From: Utricularia gibba
Taxonomy: Eukaryota > Plantae > Magnoliophyta
Assembly: GCA_002189035.1 (NCBI GenBank)
Contig: NEEC01000015.1
Span: 1-64,000 of the forward strand
DNA: 64,000 bases
Reading direction: 5' to 3'
The translations under genes were made by a program, and so were the position numbers. Within the stretch, counting starts at the first letter, position 1. Each line of letters opens with the position of its first letter. Shown piece after piece: positions 1 to 16,494 of this stretch. The notes under the pieces were generated by a model, which worked only from the letters and a program-made list of their open reading frames with translations, was not told where the DNA came from and searched no databases.

Positions 1-426
1 AACCCTAAACCCTAAACCCTGAACCCTAAACCCTAAACCCTAAACCCTAAACCCTAAACCCTAAACCCTAAACCCTAAACCCTAAACCCTAAACCCTAAA
101 CCCTAAACCCTAAACCCTAAACCCTAAACCCTGAACCCTAAACCCTAAACCCTAAACCCTAAACCCTAAACCCTAAACCCTAAACCCTAAACCCTAAACC
201 CTAAACCCTAAACCTGAACCCTAAACCCTGAACCCTAAACCCTAAACCCTAAACCCTAAACCCTAAACCCTGAACCCTGAACCTGAACCCTAAACCCTGA
301 ACCCTAAACCCTAAACCTAGTGAACCCCTAAACCCTAAACCCTGAACCCTAAACCCTAAACCGTGAACCCTAATGAACCCCTAAAACCTCGTGAACCCCT
401 AAACCCTCAGCCCTGTACCCTAAACC
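1..426 (+). repeat. Telomeric repeat array (CCCTAAA)n with variant units; degenerate at the proximal end
   Basis: About 45 near-perfect CCCTAAA units from base 1 to ~315. CCCTGAA at 17, 129, 226, 268, 275, 295, 340; CCTGAA at 213 and 282. Degenerate units 317-426. C-rich strand at the 5' end marks a chromosome terminus. Confidence 0.99.
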
Positions 427-765
427 GCAAATGATGATACTTTAAAAGCCTTATCACCGAGTTCTAAACGTTGCAACTTGTGTTTTGAATATTAATCTCT
501 GGTCACTGAACCTGTTGTGTTAAAAACTGCATGCATAAACGATGAATCATAAGTAATGTCCGTACGTTAATCCATAATATGGCTCTAAAGTGTATGTGCA
601 GAATTTTTAACCCTCAATCTCCATTCGCAAGTCTCAAATAACATTCAGGGTAATGGGAGTTTTCTTGAAGGTTATATGGTGGTGGAAGCAAACTTTAGGA
701 ATTATGGATACCGAGAAACTTGTTATAGAATACAATTTAATGGTCAATCTCAAATCCAACATATC

Positions 766-905
766 TTGTGCACCTAAAATCCGAACAATTCAAACTTGTC
801 ACAAAATATAACTAGATGGTAAATCTCATACCAAGCATCTATTGTACATCTAAAATCCTAACAATTCAAACTTGTCACAAAAAAAGGACTACATGGTATT
901 TTCAA
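766..905 (+). repeat. Imperfect two-copy tandem repeat, period ~76 bp, in the subtelomere
   Basis: ttgtgcacctaaaatccgaacaattcaaacttgtcacaaaa (766-806) vs ttgtacatctaaaatcctaacaattcaaacttgtcacaaaa (842-882), each followed by actaSatggta. Confidence 0.8.
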
Positions 906-1357
906 ATTTCGTAACCCTTCTCAAAGCGTGGAATAATTTCATTTACTAGACAATGAATGAAATTGGAAAATGGAAACGATCACCTTCTCGAGTGCGCAGG
1001 TGAAAAATTGATCATCGCACATCACAAAATCGTCGAGCAGGGACAGGCGTATAAGGAAAATGGGGAGAGAGCACCAGCCGGAAAAGCTGAGATCAGTTAG
1101 TTATCACTGGACCTGGGGATGCGTTTTGCTTTCGTTCTATTTGAATTGGGCGTCTTCTTCTGATAAAAGGATTGGGCTTCATTTTTCAAGAAAAGACACT
1201 ATATAAGAGATTTTGAAATCTGAGCTGCATATTAAAACCAACAAGTTTGGGGGGGCAAGACATCAAACACAAAAAGATGCGGGATGTTCAAATTTCAGTG
1301 AAAGTAGCGATCCCTTTCGACAGGGTTTCATTGAATGTACATTATGATATCACCAAC

Positions 1358-1975
1358 TTACAAATCGTAGACTTGCTTCCCAGTGAACTTCACCTCAATC
1401 GGATTGATATTCTTACCAATGGACCGGAAGTTCTGCCCCACTCCGGTCCTACCAGCATTCACCTTCTCCGGGTAGACCCCGTCCTTGGGGTGCAAATACT
1501 GCACCTCTCCATTAGGAAACACTCGATAAAACTGGTACTTGATCTTGTACTTGGATCTCAGTCTCGTCCCCAAGGCCAGGCACTGCTCCTTTCTAGCCAA
1601 CTTCAGCAGGTTCGGACCTTGGCGCATGATGGCGGCGCCGCCTGTAGGCATCTCGAAGACTTGCTCCTTGGGGGAATCCCAGGTGATGACATAGAATTCT
1701 TCGACCTGGGCCTTGCGGAGAAGCCCTCCAGTGCTACCACCGAATATTGGAGACGGTGTGCTGGGATCGAGCTCCGGTGGGGTGAATCCTGTGGGAGCGT
1801 CGGCCGGCGCAGCCACAGATGCCTCCTCTGACATGGCTCGGATCGGGCGGTGGACAACGGAGGACGAGATAGGCTTCACGGTGGAGAAATGGAAGAGTGA
1901 CTGCTGCTTCCACGCAGGGACCAGCCGACTGGTGGTTGCTAGGGTGGATGCCAACGCAGAAGCTTGGGATGCCAT
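1358..1975 (-). CDS. psaD: Photosystem I reaction centre subunit II (PsaD), chloroplast-targeted, intronless
   Basis: [10 protein letters not shown] transit peptide, then [61 protein letters not shown]...[15 protein letters not shown] at 1975 is the likely start rather than the ORF-track start at 2092. Confidence 0.98.
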   Translation of the reverse strand: MASQASALASTLATTSRLVPAWKQQSLFHFSTVKPISSSVVHRPIRAMSEEASVAAPADAPTGFTPPELDPSTPSPIFGGSTGGLLRKAQVEEFYVITWDSPKEQVFEMPTGGAAIMRQGPNLLKLARKEQCLALGTRLRSKYKIKYQFYRVFPNGEVQYLHPKDGVYPEKVNAGRTGVGQNFRSIGKNINPIEVKFTGKQVYDL

Positions 1976-2080
1976 AGCCTGACTGCTTGATTTTCCGCAG
2001 TCTGTGGTGATCTGTGTGTGAGATTCCAGAGGGCTCTGATCTACTTTGTATGATTTTGTGGCGAGTCTGGATAACGGGAG

Positions 2081-2133
2081 GATAAGCCACATCTAAGTGG
2101 ACCAATGAGATTCTCTGCCACATAAGACGTGGC
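2081..2133. promoter_or_regulatory. Light-responsive-type elements upstream of psaD (I-box GATAAG, CCAAT, G-box-like GACGTGGC)
   Basis: GATAAG 2081-2086, CCAAT 2102-2106, GACGTGGC 2126-2133, 100-160 bp upstream of the psaD ATG. Motif match only. Confidence 0.45.
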
Positions 2134-2537
2134 AACCTCATTGCCGAGCATCATCCAACTCTACAAATGGGCTAGCTACTGGGCGGAGGAGCTAAAAAAC
2201 TTCAACCCAACTGGGTAGGAATTTCCATCATAAGGAAGAGTGATGTGGGCCTCATAAATCCATTTATTCCTCCTCTTGCCACCAGCCCAATTCATGCAGA
2301 AGCCTATGCAGCCGGCAAAAAAGTTGTAGTCGGTGATTTAACTTATCGATGGTAGAGAGATGCTCGCGTCGTGAGCGTGGCACAAAGTTCAGCGCGCACG
2401 AACGGGACTTAACAGGTTTGCCGCGTCGCTTCCTTTGCGAGTAGGAAGGGAAATTCGGCCCCTACATCATCCTGGGTCTACGGACTCGTAACCTATATCT
2501 GCCTACGAATCATCCAAAGCAACCATGGACTGAGTGA

Positions 2538-2659
2538 TGGGCCTGTAAATCGATTAGTGATCACTGATGGGCCCTTGTAAGTTAGATGTCCTCCAACTTT
2601 ATCATGGGTTAGTCAATATGGTTGCAAAGGCCCAAGTATCCTTTGCAAAAGCTGGCCCA
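2538..2659. promoter_or_regulatory. Cluster of four site II (TGGGCC) TCP-binding motifs upstream of HIGD
   Basis: TGGGCC at 2538 and 2568, GGCCCA at 2629 and 2654. Site II clusters are typical of nuclear genes for mitochondrial respiratory proteins. Confidence 0.6.
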
Positions 2660-2813
2660 TCGATAATCTTGTTGCTGTGAGGGCCGTGTTCGTATCTCTT
2701 ATTTTTAGATAAAATTCCGTGTTCTTCCTTCTCCTGCGAGCAATATAAAGCTCGTCAAAGCCAAGGCCAGGCGTTTGAGTTTCAACATTGGAGGTGGAGA
2801 AAAGTTACCGAAA

Positions 2814-3765
2814 ATGGCTGAAGACAAGGGCAAGCTTGAATTGATCAGGCAATGGGTTGTGGAGAACAAGCTTCGAGCTGTTGGTATTCGAAGTTTCTTC
2901 CGTTCATTCTTCTCTCCCTATTTTTGTAGGATCTATATTTGATATATTGGGAGGGTATCTCGATAACCATTTTTATTGAAAAAAGGGGCATTATGGGCGA
3001 GCGGAATCATTGGATCCTTGGCGTACAATTGGTCTCAACCCCATATGAAAACTAGCGTCAAAATTATTCACGCGAGGTGTGATTTCTTGTATCTCCATGA
3101 TTTTTATTTACTGAAGTTGTGTGCCCGTCGGAAAATAGCAGCACTGTTGATTGTTTTCTCCATTAAAGCTTTTCCGTTTTATTTTCTTTATATTATGTCT
3201 CCATTAGTAAAGATGCCGCCTTTTTAGGAAGGAGATTAACATGCTCGGTTCTTTGGTGGGTATAGGTCTGGGATAAGGGGTGACTAGGACTATCCATCAC
3301 TTCTTTGTTCAGATTCCGTTTAGCGTTCGCGAGTAGTATCGTGCCAATCACTTTAGCAGGAACCTACCCATCTTTGCTCTATTATTGGATTTTTTTTCAC
3401 ACATGCAAGGTATTTTGTTTGCGGATTTCTTTTGTTCTCGTTATTGGTATGCCCAACCGTCAGGTAAATATTTCCAGGGTGTGCAACAAATATGAGAGTA
3501 ACATGGTTCCTGCTTTAAGAGGCTTGTTTATTATTTTATGCATTGTGATGTCTTTGATTAAATTCTACATATTTTCCTTTGTCATCTACTTCTGAGTTCT
3601 GACGCCCCCACAATCATCAGGTTGCACGCTCAAGCACTCACACTTGCCGCATTAGCAGGGGCTGCACTTGTTGAGTATTATGACCATAAATCAGGTGCTA
3701 AAGCTGAGCGGGTGGCAAAGTTCCTGGAACTCAACAATCATCCGCACACAGATAAGAAGCCATAG
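2814..3765 (+). CDS. HIGD: Hypoxia-induced gene domain (HIG1/HIGD) mitochondrial protein, 3 exons
   Basis: Spliced MAEDKGKLELIRQWVVENKLRAVG-ALWASGIIGSLAYNWSQPHMKTSVKIIHAR-LHAQALTLAALAGAALVEYYDHKSG...; GT-AG introns; TAG 3763-3765. Confidence 0.92.
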
Positions 3766-4694
3766 CTGAAGTACATTACGCCGTTCTAATTTCAATAAGT
3801 TCCGCTATGAAATAGTAGTTTCCTCTGGATGACCAAATATGCTTTTTTATCACGTAAAATCCATGACTGCACGCACTACTTGCAGTCACGAAGGTTGGAA
3901 CTAAGATCCATTAGTGGAAATTGGAGCCTCTGTTTTCCCTAAAACTGAAGCTAATGGAATTAACTGAAATAACTTTGATTTCCCTTGAAGTTATGATGAT
4001 TATTGCCTGTTGCTCGGGTGATATCAATTCCCATTGCCTGGTTCTGCTCTGCTGATGCCCTAGCCCAAATGTTGGTAAAAAAAAAAAAAAAGTAGGTGCA
4101 ACGAACTTTGTCCATGGCCAGTGATCCCCAAATGGTAGCCTTAACTTGTGGTTGGAGAGAGAAGCACCTTGTATTGAGCATCACGTCATGACTAAACGTG
4201 TCACTGTATATCTTCCTGTTAATTTGCCAGGAGGATGATGATACGAGCGTCCAACAAATCTTTTAATTCTTCCTTGTTTTCATAAAGGAGAATGAACATT
4301 CCATCACAGACTGTGTGCAAGGGGAAGAGGTTCAAACCAAATGGTAAAGAACGAAAAATTATGAAAATTGAGCTCTCCAAGCCGTTCACTGGAGGGCAAA
4401 ACCACAGATCCCCCTGGTCATAGCATTTGTTATCATCCACTCGTCAGGAGAGGTGTGGGACAAAACTTTCACCACGCTTAGTTGGTATTTGTCGTACAAA
4501 ATCTCAATTCAAGGCACACTATGATCAGGTTGAAACTCAGCTTATAGCATCAGAAAGCATTGTCAACTGAATGTCCAGTTCCTCTGTACCAACAAGGATT
4601 ATGACAATTCTTGACTCGAATGTGAATATTATGAGTATATCCCCCTTCAAGTCTTTATTAACCTTTCACCAACTCCCCTTCAAGGATTATCGCG

Positions 4695-8935
<4,241 letters not shown>

Positions 8936-10031
8936 CTTACAACTTCGCGATTCTTGTCTTCGGGATGGGATGGTGGGATAAGGAGCTAGAATCACAAGTT
9001 TCGCGTCAAAAATGAAACGCTACTCGAAATCGTTATGTCCAAATTCAATTTCGCTTTATATTGAAGGGCTTCTTAATCTTGTTGATTGACGAGGAAGCGG
9101 CACATTCCCCGACGTAATCGTCTTCTAACCTTATCCGAATGTTAACTTCACGCCTCACGCATACAAACATATATAGCTGATAATAAATTTTTCGGCATCT
9201 TAATTTGTAAATTCAACGATTGGTAGGTTTGAGAATGCACGAAATTGGGTACAATCAAGATTTGATCCAAAACTTGAGAATTATATAAACAATTTGAAGA
9301 TAGCATTAAAAGATTTACTCACATTATACATTGTTTTTAATAACCTTATAAATACATCATTTCCTAATCATTCTATTTGAATTCAATATTTAAAATCTCT
9401 TCTCGATCATGGAAATTGGATTTAATTGTTATAAAAAAAATTACATAAATACATTATACATAATATTTAAGTATAAATTTATATATATAGTTATTAAAAA
9501 GTATCCAGCCCCGATGATAAGTACTTTTCTAAATAAAAAGTACCAATGCGTAGATTTATAAATCAATCCCCAAAATAAGTAGTTTTCTAAATAACCCACA
9601 AGCCCTCCCCTAATCGATCAAGTTCAAGGAGGTGACTGCTTTTGACCGGCACTCATTTAGCATACGATCTGTTGGATCTCTTAAAAAATATTCCCATCCG
9701 AAGGAACTAGCTCTAGCCCGAAATTTTCAAATGTCCTAACGTTCAAGGCTCTTGACCTTAAAGCATCATGCCTTGTCTTGCATTAAGAAGAAGAATATTA
9801 AATCAATTAAATTGTGTCTTGTTAGACATTTGCCCAAGTCTATCTAGCAGACTATCAAAAATTGTGATTTTTGTTACAAAATATTATGATAAAGCTGCGT
9901 ATGTCTGAATTTGATTGTTGATTATGAGCGAATAATGGAGAGTATGTTTAGAGTTTTTTAGATTGTTAACATAATTTATTTCAACAATCATTTAATATTC
10001 GAGAAGCATAACGATTTACTCAGGTCAGAAC

Positions 10032-11802
10032 TCAGACGGGGGTAATGCCGCCGATACGGGAGTAGGGAATCCCTCGCTTCGCGATCCAATTGTCATTTCC
10101 GTACGCATTTATGGGTGTCCATGCCTCAGCAATCTCAGGTGTAATATGACGAATACCTTTCCATGTGACACGACCAGCAGTATTGGAGCCAGCTCCAGTG
10201 TTGTTGTACTCGCCATAGTATAACGTATCCAACGCAAATTCTCCATCCCATGTGGCCCATCCCTCCGGCGCTATGAACCCACCGATATCTGTTTTCATGA
10301 TGATGGTTCGAGACAACTCTTTCCATGGCCTTCCAAGGTAAGCTCTAGGGGTTGGTACTGTTTCAAGGAAGTGTCGATCAGCAAATATGACACCGGAATC
10401 GATGATGATGGCGCCGGTACTTCTTGGGTCGATCCGGCCTTGCGCAGTGGCCATGCATGCTTGGTTGCCAAGTGGCTTTCGGACGACGAATTTGCAATTC
10501 TCAAAGATGGCCAGGGCGTCCCCAAAGACGAAATCGATGGTGCCGGATATCTTACAATTCTTGTAATATTGGCGGTAAGCATGGACATAGAGTGTGTCTT
10601 GATGCCCATCAATGTGGACATTGTAGAAAACTGCACGATCACCAGAGACGCGAAGGGCTACCGCTTGAAACTTTCGGGGACCAGCCGTATTTTCGAAAGC
10701 AATGTCCTTGGCGAAAAAGTCGAAGGCGTCAACAGCTAGAGAAGAAAATTTCCAGTTTATTTTAGATCCCGCTATTAAAAGAAAAAGATAAATCAAGCGA
10801 GCATACTGGCACTTACAAACTGTGGCTGTTAGGAATGTTTTCACACCATCGGCGAAGTTCTTGTTGCCCAAGATTTTGGTCTTTGTTGGTCCCTCTCCAA
10901 TCAACATAATATTGGTCTTAGTCTTGGGAACCACGACATACTCCTGGTACTTACCAGCCTTGACGTAAATGAAAAATGGTTTACCACTGTTGTCGGGGGA
11001 AGACATAATCGCATCGTTGATGCTCTTGAACTGCCCACTACCATCAAGGGCCACCACGGCGTTGGGTGTTGTTTTTGAGGCCTCTAAAAGCCTTCGCTGC
11101 CAACCATAATTATGTGAATCAGAGGACATTAGCTTCCGGTTGGGGTTAGTGTTGGTTTCGAAGCCCAAGCCTCCAAGCTGAAGTTGTGCAATCGCAGATG
11201 AAATATCGGTCACGATAGCAAGACCATTGCTTGACATTTCCCTGGCCGTTTTCATAAGGCGCTTCATCTTATCGCCGGTGTTAGTGGTGGTGTTTTCGAA
11301 AGCATCAATGCAAGTTTCTTGGTTGGTGATCACGGCACTAAGCCAAGTCTTGACGTCAGTGACGTACTCATTCATCCTGCTTATGTCAAATTCTCCAACT
11401 TTGACAGAAGATCTTCGAAGATCATACATGGCGACGTCAAGAACATCTTGGCATACGAACAAGGCCTCTTTGACGCTGCTGTCATTTGTGGCTTCCTCCA
11501 AAAGTTTGGACTGCTTGAACATCAAAGCCCAATTGGATGAGATCCCTTGTGTCGGTGGTATTGGCCTGGGAAAGGCTCTCTTCGCATGTTTCTCGGTAAT
11601 CAGTCGGGGAGCATAGGGCTTCCACTGCCTTTCTGACGGTTGCCGTGGTAGTAGCCACTTTATGTGCGGCTTCGCTTTGGTCCTCATCGCCATATTTCCG
11701 AGTGATATCCACAACAACTGCTGCCACCATAGCCACCAAGAGGATGGAGGCTATCGCAATGATAGTGATCTTCCTGTTGTCATGCATGGAGGCCTCTCCC
11801 AT
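10032..11802 (-). CDS. PME: Type-I pectin methylesterase (PMEI pro-domain + PME), copy 1; frameshifting deletion in the pro-domain, possible pseudogene
   Basis: Signal anchor [41 protein letters not shown], processing motifs RKLM/RRLL, catalytic [20 protein letters not shown]. Intron 10736-10816. Frame break at ~11520. Confidence 0.9.
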
Positions 11803-13652
11803 ATTATTCGTCTGATCAGATCCTGTCTATTTTCGTTATACTTAATTGGGGAAAGAATTTGCAGGATAGGAGCTCTTTCTCCCCCTAGCCTGCCTGCTCT
11901 TAGTCGTTTCCCCTCCCCACAGCGAATATGGTGAGCGTAGAGCTATTATTATACCCAACCTCTGGACGTTACCACCACTGGCTAAAAATAGTATTGAGAA
12001 AAAGTCAACAACCGTTAAATAAAATGAATCCACCTTTTATTTTCTCCCTTCATCTCTTTAATACTAAAAATAATATATTTCGTTTAGTGTAGGAAACTCA
12101 AGCTTGCCAAACGATCTTCTCGCGGTGGTCCTTTGACTTAAAAATAACATTTTCTTCTCGTCTAAAATAAAATTTGTTTTTTACTTGGCTATTATTTTCT
12201 ATTAAAAAGGAAAAAGTCGAAAATAAATATAGTTTATATATTTTAACATTTTAGTGTTAATATATATTTTTTAGTATGCATGGCATCTTTCTCGCTATTC
12301 TCTCTCGTGATCTAGAGTTTTAGGGGCATCTAATGGTCATTTATTAGTGATAAATATGTAGCTTTGGTTTTTTTTTTTTTTTTTTTTTTTTTACTTTCAA
12401 TCAAAATGATATGCAACATTGCATATCACACCTAACGGAGCAAATATTCAATTTTATAGTTAAATAAGCAGCACAAACACTTTCCAATGTTGATTAAACT
12501 TTAGAATGGATTTACGGTAGCACAAATAAATAATGTATGAGAGAGCCTTGGGAGGAAAATATTTGCATTCTGCGGTAATTTTTAAACCAAAGCATTAGAT
12601 AGTCCACAACCGTAAAAAAAAACATAAAACAAAAATAAATCTAACTACTAGTATCCTACGTGACCAACACCAACCAAACACTAGTAGTTTTTGAGAGTAA
12701 GAAGCATACTAACTTATTTGAAACTGAAACACCTGCCTTCTAAGCTGCACCTATGCTTCTAATGGAGAAACAATTATCAACGTCAAGCTAAGGTGAGAAA
12801 CCTTGTCCTTCATCAAGGTGCCTACATGAGATCCACCCGTGGAAGAATCCTAAATAAATGTCACATTCATTATGGACTCGAGATGAATAAATGTTCATGT
12901 ACATTACATGAAATTTTTTTTTTATGAAAAATAATAAAAATTAAATATTCAAAAAGAGCAATATAACATAATAAAAACATGAGTCATTATATTTACCATC
13001 AAAGCCATATGAGGTTCAATAATCAATTATAGATGAAATGAAATAAAATGCTTTATAATAGATTTTTTTTCAAGTACAATGGAATTTTTTTCATATGAAT
13101 TCTAAACATAAGCATGTTTACTCCAAAATAGTTTGATTTGGATGTCGAAAATGAATAATATGGATCTTTACGCCTACCAGCCAATTAGGCTTTTTACTGT
13201 GACTCATGTGTTCCTGCATCGGCAGATTGTGTTGTCTTATGGTGGAGTATTGTCAGACGCTGAGGAGTACCAGTGTACCACGGCTTCAAAGATATCTCGT
13301 ATGGGTTATGGATACCTAAAAATACTTTTATGATTTCTAGGGAGGGTTCCTTATAAATTTATAGTCGTCAGTTCTTTTGGCCCATCCAATATCGTATTTC
13401 AACATATTGACATTTGCGGTGGGTTTTGTCTCATACTAATAGTAATTCTGTCAAATTGAAACTCGGTGCTTATTGAGTGATATTACTGGAACGTATAAAT
13501 CTAATGTGTGGATTTTTCAAAGCGCATACACGAGAATATTTAATGGTGGACATTGCATAGGATCATGGTTACCGGGATATTGACGAAATTTATTCCCCGG
13601 AACATTATTCTAACCCTCAACAAGAATAAGGAAAAAGAAATAACTAGGCAGG

Positions 13653-15391
13653 CTAATTATTCATCATCCCAGGAACATAGGGAATTCCTTTATCCTTGAT
13701 CCATGCATCCGTTACGAAGGCTGTGCTAGGTGTCCAGCTCTCAGCAATCTGTGGTGTGATGACCTTGATTCCCTTCCATTTGACACGATTGGCAGTGGAG
13801 GAGCCTGGTCCTTTGTTTTGGTACTCACCGTAGTACAATGTGTCCAATGCGAAGTCCTTATCCCATGGAGCCCAGCCATCGGGTGAGATGGAGCCCCCAA
13901 TGTTGGTATGCATTATGATTGTCCTGGAGAACAGCTTCCATGGGCGCCCGAGGTAGGTCTTAGGACGTGGATTGGCAGCGAGCAACGCGGGTTCTGCTGT
14001 GATGTCCCCGTGTTGAATGATGATGGCCCCGATGCTGCGTTCTTCCACTCGCCCTTGGGCGGTGACCATGCAGGCTTGGTTAGGCATCGGGTTACGAATG
14101 ATGAATATACAATTCTGGAAAATAGAGAGAGCATCTCCAAACACGAAATCGATGGTGCCGGAGATCTGACAGTCACGGTAGAATTGCCTGTTGGCGTGAG
14201 CATACAGGGTATCCTGATACCCATCCATGTGGACGTTGAAGAACACAGCGTTGTCGCCAGACGCACGAAGGGCCACAGCTTGGTGTCCCTCTGGACCAGC
14301 CGAGTTTTCAAATGCAATGTCTTTTGCAAAGAAATCTCCCGCGTCTACCGCTGAAAAAAAAAAAAAAACAAAGGGCAATGTGATGATATCCTCTTAACGG
14401 CCGGTGAATGAATGAATTAGAGAATACTCACCGACTGTGGCGGTGTGATATGTCTTAACACCGGCGGCATAGTTTTTGTTGCCTGTGACTCTCGTCTTCA
14501 ATGGTCCATCTCCCACCATTATAATGAAGTTCTTCTTTTTAGGGACAACAACGTACTCCTCATACACACCCGCCTTCACATGAATCACAAATGGTACGGT
14601 GTTCTTCAAGGGAACAGTTGCGATGGCGTCGTTAATTTTCGTGAACTGACCGCTTCCATCGAGTGCCACAACTGCATTTGGTTTCATCTCTGCGGCGGCA
14701 AGAAGCCTTCTTCTCATCTCATCATTATACTTGTTTACCAATAGCCTCCTTCTGGTACTGGCGCCCCCACCACCACCAATATTCCCAATTTGTAGCTGAC
14801 CTAAAATAGAAGAAATATCAGATACCATGGCTAGACCATTGCTTGACAATTCCCGAGTCGTTTTCAGCAGATTTTTCATCTTTTCTCCAGTATCGCCCGT
14901 TGTATTCTCAAAGGCATCAATGCATGTCTCCTCGTTGGTTATCACAGCACTGAGCCATGTTCTCAAATCTTCTACATACCCAGCCATGTCACCTGCACTG
15001 AATTCGTCCATTTTATCATAAGATTTCCTAAGATCATCCACTGCGGTCTCCAGCACCTGGTTGCACACATCCAGCGCTTCCTTGGTGCTAGAATCCGCGG
15101 CGGCTTGTTTCAATAGGGTAGAGTTCTTCAAGACATCGCCGACATTCTGGATGGTGGCTTCAAACGTGATCTTAATAAGCTCCTTTGGATTTGTAGTGTT
15201 GGCCTTTGACAAGGTATTCTCGCAAGTTTCCTTGTAATTTGTGGGGAGCAGATCGTCTGCACGGCCTTAGTACTCGTGCCCGTACCTGAAACTTGGCCAT
15301 TGCTCTTTGTAACATTAATTGCCACCGCCACAACCATTGCCACCAGCAGCACCGATGCTACCCCTGCAATTGCCACCTTCTTTGCCGACAT
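13653..15391 (-). CDS. PME: Type-I pectin methylesterase (PMEI-PME), copy 2
   Basis: [43 protein letters not shown] x2, [20 protein letters not shown]. Intron 14351-14431. One C missing in a C run at 15243-15246 (CSPTNY), probably an assembly error. Confidence 0.93.
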
Positions 15392-16417
15392 TTTTTTTGA
15401 CGTATCCTCCTCTCTTTGATATATTTGTCTTCTTCTTCTTCTGTTTTTTTTTTCTTAGGATGCCTTGATATTTATTGTATGCTTCCGTATTTGAACTGGC
15501 GATGTATGACCGTAAATTCCGCTGCTAATAGTGTGGACGGATGATAGGAAGAAAAAACAAATGAAAGGCTCAGCGTTAAACTAGAGCATTCCGAATGTAA
15601 GGATATCAGACATACCTTAGAAAAGTAACACATATAAAAGTTTAACCAGTCGATCAACAAATGGTAGGATTTAGGGTTGGTATCATGGTGCTTACAATCC
15701 GCACAATGTATGTTCCGGACAAAAGAAAAAAAAACACCAACTCTTATCAACAAGAGAAATAATTTATATAAAAATTTCATTATTTTTAAGAAAATAGAAA
15801 TCAATCTTATTCTATTTTTCCCCGATGAGTCAAAGGAGTTAAAATTTACTTTTAAATGGACGGAAGATAAAACGCATAGTTAAAATCAAGCTAAGGGGGA
15901 GCGGGAAATGCAACAAGGATTTCATATGTTTTTCTTTCTTTTTTTAAATGGCATTGGCACTATAACATATTTCTTCATAGCCACGTAGTAAGTTTTTAAA
16001 CTGGGGCTGGTAAACCCTCTATTTCAATTATACGGAATATGAATCTTATAAAGGAATAATTAAAGTATTAGCACATCTTAAAGCTTGCACAAAACGAAGA
16101 GAAAAATAAAACTATTAATTTGTCTATAACGAGGGGAATTTACGAATGCTAAAAAAAGATTCTAGGTTGAATTTATAATGGCTAGACCTCGATCAGCGCC
16201 AGTTAAAAAAAAAAAAAAAAGAATGCTACCCGTATACCCTCTTCGTCGTTACGAAATGCGAAGGTATGCTGCCGCTTCTTTTCGCATCTTTTCCAGCCAT
16301 TCTCCGGTTTCGTTTTCTTTCGAGTTTTTTCAGATATACTTTTCGTTCATTCTAATCCCGAAGTTTCAGATTCGTTCTGCAGTGTACATCACGGTGATTA
16401 GAATCATCTTCAAAAAC

Positions 16418-16494
16418 CTCGTTGGAATTCCAGCGTTCACGCAATCTCGTTGGAAACAAGGTATAAAAATCATGAATTCCAGCGTTCACGCAAT
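16418..16494 (+). repeat. Overlapping short direct duplications at the 5' end of the TPR pseudogene
   Basis: gaattccagcgttcacgcaat at 16425-16445 and 16474-16494; ctcgttggaa at 16418-16427 and 16446-16455. Confidence 0.9.

Noticed and set aside
431-509. ATGATGA ... CTGA spaced like a box C/D snoRNA
   Set aside because: No terminal stem, no recognisable rRNA guide, and not in a cluster; likely chance in AT-rich DNA.
1247-1831. 194-aa plus-strand ORF and similar long antisense ORFs over PME, CYP51 and the HAKs
   Set aside because: Shadows of well-recognised genes on the opposite strand, with no recognisable motifs of their own.
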